A stretch of DNA of 64,000 nt from the human T2T-CHM13v2.0 reference genome, Homo sapiens. This document shows, piece after piece, positions 1 through 11,269 of the stretch. The DNA is taken from NCBI RefSeq assembly GCF_009914755.1, contig NC_060948.1. One strand, given 5' to 3'. A program made the translations under genes and the position numbers. The notes under the pieces are model-generated. The model made no database searches. It had not been told where the DNA came from and was given only the letters and a program-made list of their open reading frames with translations. Every line of letters starts with the position of its first letter. Positions within the stretch are counted from its first letter, which is position 1.

Positions 1-2060
1 TCAAAAGGAATGGAATCGAATGGCAAGAAATCGAATGTAATGGAATCGCAAGGAATTGATGTGAACGGAACGGAATGGAATGGAATCCAAAGGAATGGAA
101 TAGAATGGAATGGAATCGAATGGAAAGGACTCGAATGGAAATCACTCGAATAGAATGCAATTTAATAAAATAGGATCAAATGTAATGGAATGGAATGGAA
201 AGGAATCGAAACGAAAGGAATGGAGACAGATGGAATGGAATGGAACAGAGAGCAATGGTATAGAATGGAATGGAATCATCTGGAATGGAATTGAATGGAA
301 TGGAATAATATGAAATGGAATGGAATGGAATGGAATGCCCTTGAATTAAATGGACTGGAATGGAATGGACTCGAACAGAGTGGAATGGAAAGTGTTGAGA
401 TAGAATGGAATGGACTCGTTTGGAATGGTCTAGTAGGCAATGCAATCGACTGGCAGGGAATCAAAAGGAATGTAATGGAATGGATTGGACTGGAATGCAA
501 TGGACTCGAATAGATTGGAAACGGAATGCAAAGGAATGGAATGGAATAGTATGGAATGGAATGGAAAGGAATGCAGTGGAATAGACTAGAGTGGAATGGA
601 ATGGACTGGAAAGCAATGGACTGGAATGGAACTTTATTGAATGGACTGGAATCAAACGGAATGGAATGCAATGCAATCAAATGGCATGGAATAAAATAGA
701 ATGAAAGAGAATCAAATGGAATTGAATCGAATGGAATCGAATGGATTGGAAAGGAATAGAATGGAATGGAATGGAATTGACTCAAATGGAATGGACTAGA
801 ATGGAATGGATTCGAATGGAAGGCAAAGGAATGGAATCTATTGGAATGGACTGTAATGGAATGGAATGGAAGGGATTGGAATGGACTCGAATGGAATGGA
901 CTGCAATAGAAAGGATTCGAATGGAATGAAAAAGAATTGAATGGAATAGAACAGAATGGAATCAAATCGAATGAAATGGAATGGAATAGAAAGGAATGGA
1001 ATGAAATGGAATGGAAAGGATTCGAATGGAATGCAATCGAATGGAATGGAATCGAACGGAATGGAATAAAATGGAAGAAAACTGGCAAGAAATGGAATCG
1101 AAATGAATGGAGTGTTATGGAACGGACTCAAAAGGAATTGAATGTAATAGAATGGAGTGGAGTGGACTCGAATATAATGGACTGGAATGGAATGAAATCA
1201 CATGGAATGGGAACGAATGGAATGGAATGGAAAGGAATGGAATCGAATGGAAAGGAATCGAATGGAAGGGAATGAAATTGAATCAACAGGAATGGAAGGG
1301 AATAGAATAGACGGTAATGGAATGGACTCGAATAGAATGGACACGAATGCTCAAATTGAATGGACTCGAATGGAATGGAAACGAAAGGAATGTCATCGAA
1401 TGGAATTGAATCGATTGGAATGAAATCGCATAGAATGGAGTGGAATCAAATGGAATTGAATCGAAAGGAAAGGAAGCGAATGGACTGAAATGAAATGGAA
1501 TGGAATTGAATGGAAAGTAATGCAATGGAATAGAATGGAACGAAATTTCACGGAATGGAATCAAACTGAATGGAATCAAACCAATGGAATCAAATCAAAT
1601 GGAATGGAAAGGAATTGAATGGAGTAGATTGGATTGGATGGGATTGGAATGAAATGTACTGGAAAGGACTCGAATTTCATGAAACGGAATGGAATGAATT
1701 GGAACGGAACGGACTCGAATGGAATGGAATGTCATGGAATGGCATCAAATGGAATGGAATCGAATGCAATGGAATGCTATGGAATGGAATGGAATGCATT
1801 TTAATGGAATGTCCTCTAATGGAATGGATTCGAGTGGAATGGAATCGAATATAATGGAGTCGAATGAAATGGAATTGAAAGGAATGGGATCGAATACAAT
1901 GGAATATACTGGAATGTAATGTAATGAACTCGAATGTAATTGACTGGAATGGAATGTACATGAATGGAATGTAATCGAATGGAAAGTAATCCAATGGAAT
2001 AGAATCTAATGCAATAAAATCGACTCAGATAGAGTAGAATGTAATGGAATGGAGTGCAGT

Positions 2061-2130
2061 GCAATGGAATGGAATGGAATGCAATGGAATGGAATGGAAT
2101 GGAATGGAATGGAATGGAATGGAATGGAAT
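2061..2130 (+). repeat. Near-pure (GGAAT)n microsatellite tract inside the DYZ1 unit (representative copy; length varies between units)
   Basis: Run between GCAGT and GGTGT/GGTAT. It has 14 pentamers here, 13 in units 2, 3, 6 and 9-14, 16 in unit 4, 15 in units 5 and 7, and 18 in unit 8 (26891-26980). Confidence 0.9.
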
Positions 2131-2860
2131 GGTGTGGAATGGATAGTAATGGACTGGAGTGAAATGGACTGGAAAGGAATGGACTCAAATTGAATGGGCT
2201 CGAAAGGAATGGAGTCAAATGGAATGGTCTGGAATGGAATGAACACGAATGTAATGCAATCCAATAGAATGGAATCGAATGGCATGGAATATAAAGAAAT
2301 GGAATCGAAGAGAATGGAAACAAATGGAATGGAATTGAATGGAATGGAATTGAATGGAATGGGAAGGAATGGAGTGAAATTGTATGCAGTAGAAGAGAAT
2401 AGAATGGAATGCAAGTGAAAGGAAAGGAATGGATTGGAATGGAATGGAATTCATTGGAATGGAAGGGAATGTAGTGTAATGGACAGGCCTGGAATAAAGT
2501 GGAATGCTACGGTCTCGAATGGTATAAAAATGTATGGAATGGAATGCAATGAAACGGAATCGAATGTCATAGAATGTAATGGAATGCAAAAAAATGGAAT
2601 CCAAAATCATTGACTGGAAAGGCTGGGTGTCGAAAGGAATTGACTCCAATGGAATGGAATCGAATGGAATGGAAGTGAATAGAATCGAACTAAATCGAAT
2701 GGAATGGAATTGATAGGAACGGAATGGAAAGGAATGCAATGATTTGGCATGGAATGGAATCGAATGGCATCGAATGGAATGGAATGGAATGCAATGGAAT
2801 GGAATGTATTAGAATGTAATGAACTTTAATGGAATGTACTCGAATGGATTCGACTGGAAT

Positions 2861-2875
2861 GGAATGTTCTGGAAG
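2861..2875. promoter_or_regulatory. Perfect heat-shock element motif nGAAnnTTCnnGAAn (gGAAtgTTCtgGAAg), representative copy; present in all 14 complete DYZ1 units
   Basis: Exact match to the canonical three-pentamer HSF1 site. Occupancy cannot be shown from sequence. Confidence 0.6.
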
Positions 2876-3140
2876 TGAATGGACTCCAATGGAATGGATT
2901 CCAAAGGAATGGAATCGTACGGAATGGAATCTAATGGAATGGAATTAAATGGAAATGAATCAAATTGAATAGCACGGAATTGAATTGAATGGAATGGAAT
3001 GCAATGGAATCTAATGAAACGGAAAGGAAAGGAATGGAATGGAATGGAATGGGCTGGAATGGAAAGGAATCAAAACGAATGCAATGGAATCGAACTGAAG
3101 AGACTGGAATGGAATGCACTGGAATGGAAGGGAGTGTAAT

Positions 3141-3155
3141 GGAAGGTTCTCGAAA
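3141..3155. promoter_or_regulatory. Perfect heat-shock element motif (gGAAggTTCtcGAAa), representative copy; present in 13 of 14 units
   Basis: Exact HSE consensus match. It is broken (TTC>TTG) only in unit 14 near 49256. Confidence 0.6.
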
Positions 3156-6100
3156 AAAATGGAATGGAATGGAATGGAATTGAATGGAACGGAATAGAGT
3201 CGAATGGAATTGAATGGAATGGAATGGACTAGAGTGAAATGGAATCGAACCACAAGGAATGGACAGGAATAGAATGGTCTCGAATTGAATGGAATCGTAT
3301 GGAATGGCATCAAACGGAATGGAATGGACAGCCACGGAATGGAATGCACTCGAATGCAATGGAGTCGAAACTAATGGACTGGAATAGAATGGACTCGACT
3401 GGTACGGACTCCAATGGAATGGAATCGAATGGAAGGGAATCGAACGGAATGGACTCGAAGGGAAAAGACTGCAATGGAAAGGTCTCGAATGGAATGGAAA
3501 TTAATGGAATGGAATGGAATCGAATGAAATGGAGTCAAAAGGAATGGAATCGAATGGCAAGAAATCGAATGTAATGGAATCGCAAGGAATTGATGTGAAC
3601 GGAACGGAATGGAATGGAATCCAAAGGAATGGAATAGAATGGAATGGAATCGAATGGAAAGGACTCGAATGGAAATCACTCGAATAGAATGCAATTTAAT
3701 AAAATAGGATCAAATGTAATGGAATGGAATGGAAAGGAATCGAAACGAAAGGAATGGAGACAGATGGAATGGAATGGAACAGAGAGCAATGGTATAGAAT
3801 GGAATGGAATCATCTGGAATGGAATTGAATGGAATGGAATAATATGAAATGGAATGGAATGGAATGGAATGCCCTTGAATTAAATGGACTGGAATGGAAT
3901 GGACTCGAACAGAGTGGAATGGAAAGTGTTGAGATAGAATGGAATGGACTCGTTTGGAATGGTCTAGTAGGCAATGCAATCGACTGGCAGGGAATCAAAA
4001 GGAATGTAATGGAATGGATTGGACTGGAATGCAATGGACTCGAATAGATTGGAAACGGAATGCAAAGGAATGGAATGGAATAGTATGGAATGGAATGGAA
4101 AGGAATGCAGTGGAATAGACTAGAGTGGAATGGAATGGACTGGAAAGCAATGGACTGGAATGGAACTTTATTGAATGGACTGGAATCAAACGGAATGGAA
4201 TGCAATGCAATCAAATGGCATGGAATAAAATAGAATGAAAGAGAATCAAATGGAATTGAATCGAATGGAATCGAATGGATTGGAAAGGAATAGAATGGAA
4301 TGGAATGGAATTGACTCAAATGGAATGGACTAGAATGGAATGGATTCGAATGGAAGGCAAAGGAATGGAATCTATTGGAATGGACTGTAATGGAATGGAA
4401 TGGAAGGGATTGGAATGGACTCGAATGGAATGGACTGCAATAGAAAGGATTCGAATGGAATGAAAAAGAATTGAATGGAATAGAACAGAATGGAATCAAA
4501 TCGAATGAAATGGAATGGAATAGAAAGGAATGGAATGAAATGGAATGGAAAGGATTCGAATGGAATGCAATCGAATGGAATGGAATCGAACGGAATGGAA
4601 TAAAATGGAAGAAAACTGGCAAGAAATGGAATCGAAATGAATGGAGTGTTATGGAACGGACTCAAAAGGAATTGAATGTAATAGAATGGAGTGGAGTGGA
4701 CTCGAATATAATGGACTGGAATGGAATGAAATCACATGGAATGGGAACGAATGGAATGGAATGGAAAGGAATGGAATCGAATGGAAAGGAATCGAATGGA
4801 AGGGAATGAAATTGAATCAACAGGAATGGAAGGGAATAGAATAGACGGTAATGGAATGGACTCGAATAGAATGGACACGAATGCTCAAATTGAATGGACT
4901 CGAATGGAATGGAAACGAAAGGAATGTCATCGAATGGAATTGAATCGATTGGAATGAAATCGCATAGAATGGAGTGGAATCAAATGGAATTGAATCGAAA
5001 GGAAAGGAAGCGAATGGACTGAAATGAAATGGAATGGAATTGAATGGAAAGTAATGCAATGGAATAGAATGGAACGAAATTTCACGGAATGGAATCAAAC
5101 TGAATGGAATCAAACCAATGGAATCAAATCAAATGGAATGGAAAGGAATTGAATGGAGTAGATTGGATTGGATGGGATTGGAATGAAATGTACTGGAAAG
5201 GACTCGAATTTCATGAAACGGAATGGAATGAATTGGAACGGAACGGACTCGAATGGAATGGAATGTCATGGAATGGCATCAAATGGAATGGCATCAAATG
5301 GAATGGAATCGAATGCAATGGAATGCTATGGAATGGAATGGAATGCATTTTAATGGAATGTCCTCTAATGGAATGGATTCGAGTGGAATGGAATCGAATA
5401 TAATGGAGTCGAATGAAATGGAATTGAAAGGAATGGGATCGAATACAATGGAATATACTGGAATGTAATGTAATGAACTCGAATGTAATTGACTGGAATG
5501 GAATGTACATGAATGGAATGTAATCGAATGGAAAGTAATCCAATGGAATAGAATCTAATGCAATAAAATCGACTCAGATAGAGTAGAATGTAATGGAATG
5601 GAGTGCAGTGCAATGGAATGGAATGGAATGCAATGGAATGGAATGGAATGGAATGGAATGGAATGGAATGGAATGGTGTGGAATGGATAGTAATGGACTG
5701 GAGTGAAATGGACTGGAAAGGAATGGACTCAAATTGAATGGGCTCGAAAGGAATGGAGTCAAATGGAATGGTCTGGAATGGAATGAACACGAATGTAATG
5801 CAATCCAATAGAATGGAATCGAATGGCATGGAATATAAAGAAATGGAATCGAAGAGAATGGAAACAAATGGAATGGAATTGAATGGAATGGAATTGAATG
5901 GAATGGGAAGGAATGGAGTGAAATTGTATGCAGTAGAAGAGAATAGAATGGAATGCAAGTGAAAGGAAAGGAATGGATTGGAATGGAATGGAATTCATTG
6001 GAATGGAAGGGAATGTAGTGTAATGGACAGGCCTGGAATAAAGTGGAATGCTACGGTCTCGAATGGTATAAAAATGTATGGAATGGAATGCAATGAAACG

Positions 6101-9100
6101 GAATCGAATGTCATAGAATGTAATGGAATGCAAAAAAATGGAATCCAAAATCATTGACTGGAAAGGCTGGGTGTCGAAAGGAATTGACTCCAATGGAATG
6201 GAATCGAATGGAATGGAAGTGAATAGAATCGAACTAAATCGAATTGAATGGAATTGATAGGAACGGAATGGAAAGGAATGCAATGATTTGGCATGGAATG
6301 GAATCGAATGGCATCGAATGGAATGGAATGGAATGCAATGGAATGGAATGTATTAGAATGTAATGAACTTTAATGGAATGTACTCGAATGGATTCGACTG
6401 GAATGGAATGTTCTGGAAGTGAATGGACTCCAATGGAATGGATTCCAAAGGAATGGAATCGTACGGAATGGAATCTAATGGAATGGAATTAAATGGAAAT
6501 GAATCAAATTGAATAGCACGGAATTGAATTGAATGGAATGGAATGCAATGGAATCTAATGAAACGGAAAGGAAAGGAATGGAATGGAATGGAATGGGCTG
6601 GAATGGAAAGGAATCGAAACGAATGCAATGGAATCGAACTGAAGAGACTGGAATGGAATGCACTGGAATGGAAGGGAGTGTAATGGAAGGTTCTCGAAAA
6701 AAATGGAATGGAATGGAATGGAATTGAATGGAACGGAATAGAGTCGAATGGAATTGAATGGAATGGAATGGACTAGAGTGAAATGGAATCGAACCACAAG
6801 GAATGGACAGGAATAGAATGGTCTCGAATTGAATGGAATCGTATGGAATGGCATCAAACGGAATGGAATGGACAGCCACGGAATGGAATGCACTCGAATG
6901 CAATGGAGTCGAAACTAATGGACTGGAATAGAATGGACTCGACTGGTACGGACTCCAATGGAATGGAATCGAATGGAAGGGAATCGAACGGAATGGACTC
7001 GAAGGGAAAAGACTGCAATGGAAAGGTCTCGAATGGAATGGAAATTAATGGAATGGAATGGAATCGAATGAAATGGAGTCAAAAGGAATGGAATCGAATG
7101 GCAAGAAATCGAATGTAATGGAATCGCAAGGAATTGATGTGAACGGAACGGAATGGAATGGAATCCAAAGGAATGGAATAGAATGGAATGGAATCGAATG
7201 GAAAGGACTCGAATGGAAATCACTCGAATAGAATGCAATTTAATAAAATAGGATCAAATGTAATGGAATGGAATGGAAAGGAATCGAAACGAAAGGAATG
7301 GAGACAGATGGAATGGAATGGAACAGAGAGCAATGGTATAGAATGGAATGGAATCATCTGGAATGGAATTGAATGGAATGGAATAATATGAAATGGAATG
7401 GAATGGAATGGAATGCCCTTGAATTAAATGGACTGGAATGGAATGGACTCGAACAGAGTGGAATGGAAAGTGTTGAGATAGAATGGAATGGACTCGTTTG
7501 GAATGGTCTAGTAGGCAATGCAATCGACTGGCAGGGAATCAAAAGGAATGTAATGGAATGGATTGGACTGGAATGCAATGGACTCGAATAGATTGGAAAC
7601 GGAATGCAAAGGAATGGAATGGAATAGTATGGAATGGAATGGAAAGGAATGCAGTGGAATAGACTAGAGTGGAATGGAATGGACTGGAAAGCAATGGACT
7701 GGAATGGAACTTTATTGAATGGACTGGAATCAAACGGAATGGAATGCAATGCAATCAAATGGCATGGAATAAAATAGAATGAAAGAGAATCAAATGGAAT
7801 TGAATCGAATGGAATCGAATGGATTGGAAAGGAATAGAATGGAATGGAATGGAATTGACTCAAATGGAATGGACTAGAATGGAATGGATTCGAATGGAAG
7901 GCAAAGGAATGGAATCTATTGGAATGGACTGTAATGGAATGGAATGGAAGGGATTGGAATGGACTCGAATGGAATGGACTGCAATAGAAAGGATTCGAAT
8001 GGAATGAAAAAGAATTGAATGGAATAGAACAGAATGGAATCAAATCGAATGAAATGGAATGGAATAGAAAGGAATGGAATGAAATGGAATGGAAAGGATT
8101 CGAATGGAATGCAATCGAATGGAATGGAATCGAACGGAATGGAATAAAATGGAAGAAAACTGGCAAGAAATGGAATCGAAATGAATGGAGTGTTATGGAA
8201 CGGACTCAAAAGGAATTGAATGTAATAGAATGGAGTGGAGTGGACTCGAATATAATGGACTGGAATGGAATGAAATCACATGGAATGGGAACGAATGGAA
8301 TGGAATGGAAAGGAATGGAATCGAATGGAAAGGAATCGAATGGAAGGGAATGAAATTGAATCAACAGGAATGGAAGGGAATAGAATAGACGGTAATGGAA
8401 TGGACTCGAATAGAATGGACACGAATGCTCAAATTGAATGGACTCGAATGGAATGGAAACGAAAGGAATGTCATCGAATGGAATTGAATCGATTGGAATG
8501 AAATCGCATAGAATGGAGTGGAATCAAATGGAATTGAATCGAAAGGAAAGGAAGCGAATGGACTGAAATGAAATGGAATGGAATTGAATGGAAAGTAATG
8601 CAATGGAATAGAATGGAACGAAATTTCACGGAATGGAATCAAACTGAATGGAATCAAACCAATGGAATCAAATCAAATGGAATGGAAAGGAATTGAATGG
8701 AGTAGATTGGATTGGATGGGATTGGAATGAAATGTACTGGAAAGGACTCGAATTTCATGAAACGGAATGGAATGAATTGGAACGGAACGGACTCGAATGG
8801 AATGGAATGTCATGGAATGGCATCAAATGGAATGGCATCAAATGGAATGGAATCGAATGCAATGGAATGCTATGGAATGGAATGGAATGCATTTTAATGG
8901 AATGTCCTCTAATGGAATGGATTCGAGTGGAATGGAATCGAATATAATGGAGTCGAATGAAATGGAATTGAAAGGAATGGGATCGAATACAATGGAATAT
9001 ACTGGAATGTAATGTAATGAACTCGAATGTAATTGACTGGAATGGAATGTACATGAATGGAATGTAATCGAATGGAAAGTAATCCAATGGAATAGAATCT

Positions 9101-11254
9101 AATGCAATAAAATCGACTCAGATAGAGTAGAATGTAATGGAATGGAGTGCAGTGCAATGGAATCGAATGGAATGGAATGCAATGGAATGGAATGGAATGG
9201 AATGGAATGGAATGGAATGGTGTGGAATGGATAGTAATGGACTGGAGTGAAATGGACTGGAAAGGAATGGACTCAAATTGAATGGGCTCGAAAGGAATGG
9301 AGTCAAATGGAATGGTCTGGAATGGAATGAACACGAATGTAATGCAATCCAATAGAATGGAATCGAATGGCATGGAATATAAAGAAATGGAATCGAAGAG
9401 AATGGAAACAAATGGAATGGAATTGAGTGGAATGGAATTGAATGGAATGGGAACGAATGGAGTGAAATTGTATGCAGTAGAAGAGAATAGAATGGAATGC
9501 AAGCGAAAGGAAAGGAATGGATTGGAATGGAATGGAATTCATTGGAATGGAAGGGAATGTAGTGTAATGGACAGGCCTGGAATAAAGTGGAATGCTACGG
9601 TCTCGAATGGAATAAAAATGTATGGAATGGAATGCAATGAAACGGAATCGAATGTCATAGAATGTAATGGAATGCAAAAAAATGGAATCCAAAATCATTG
9701 ACTGGAAAGGCTGGGTGTCGAAAGGAATTGACTCCAATGGAATGGAATCGAATGGAATGGAAGTGAATAGAATCGAACTAAATCGAATGGAATGGAATTG
9801 ATAGCAACGGAATGGAAAGGAATGCAATGATTTGGCATGGAATGGAATCGAATGGCATCGAATGGAATGGAATGGAATGCAATGGAATGGAATGTATTAG
9901 AATGTAATGAACTTTAATGGAATGTACTCGAATGGATTCGACTGGAATGGAATGTTCTGGAAGTGAATGGACTCCAATGGAATGGATTCCAAAGGAATGG
10001 AATCGTACGGAATGGAATCTAATGGAATGGAATTAAATGGAAATGAATCAAATTGAATAGCACGGAATTGAATTGAATGGAATGGAATGCAATGGAATCT
10101 AATGAAACGGAAAGGAAAGGAATGGAATGGAATGGAATGGGCTGGAATGGAAAGGAATCGAAACGAATGGAATGGAATCGAACTGAAGAGACTGGAATGG
10201 AATGCACTGGAATGGAAGGGAGTGTAATGGAAGGTTCTCGAAAAAAATGGAATGGAATGGAATGGAATTGAATGGAACGGAATAGAGTCGAATGGAATTG
10301 AATGGAATGGAATGGACTAGAGTGAAATGGAATCGAACCACAAGGAATGGACAGGAATAGAATGGTCTCGAATTGAATGGAATCGTATGGAATGGCATCA
10401 AACGGAATGGAATGGACAGCCACGGAATAGAATGCACTCGAATGCAATGGAGTCGAAACTAATGGACTGGAATAGAATGGACTCGACTGGTACGGACTCC
10501 AATGGAATGGAATCGAATGGAAGGGAATCGAACGGAATGGACTCGAAGGGACAAGACTGCAATGGAAAGGTCTCGAATGGAATGGAAATTAATGGAATGG
10601 AATGGAATCGAATGAAATGGAGTCAAAATGAATGGAATCGAATGGCAAGAAATCGAATGTAATGGAATCGCAAGGAATTGATGTGAACGGAACGGAATGG
10701 AATGGAATCCAAAGGAATGGAATAGAATGGAATGGAATCGAATGGAAAGGACTCGAATGGAAATCACTCGAATAGAATGCAATTTAATAAAATAGGATCA
10801 AATGTAATGGAATGGAATGGAAAGGAATCGAAACGAAAGGAATGGAGACAGATGGAATGGAATGGAACAGAGAGCAATGGTATAGAATGGAATGGAATCA
10901 TCTGGAATGGAATTGAATGGAATGGAATAATATGAAATGGAATGGAATGGAATGGAATGGAATGCCCTTGAATTAAATGGACTGGAATGGAATGGACTCG
11001 AACAGAGTGGAATGGAAAGTGTTGAGATAGAATGGAATGGACTCCTTTGGAATGGTCTAGTAGGCAATGCAATCGACTGGTAGGGAATCAAAAGGAATGT
11101 AATCGAATGGATTGGACTGGAATGCAATGGACTCGAATAGATTGGAAACGGAATGCAAAGGAATGGAATGGAATAGTATGGAATGGAATGGAAAGGAATG
11201 GAGTGGAATAGACTAGAGTGGAATGGAATGGACTGGAAAGCAATGGACTGGAAT

Positions 11255-11269
11255 GGAACTTTCTTGAAT
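11255..11269. promoter_or_regulatory. Perfect heat-shock element motif (gGAActTTCttGAAt), representative copy; present in units 4-15, absent in units 1-3
   Basis: Exact HSE consensus match. Units 1-3 have TTA instead of TTC (e.g. 628-642). Confidence 0.55.

Noticed and set aside
1-3534. A ~1.77-kb half-unit substructure in DYZ1
   Set aside because: Distinctive landmarks do not recur at half-unit lag by eye. A masked self-alignment would be needed to exclude weak ancient similarity.
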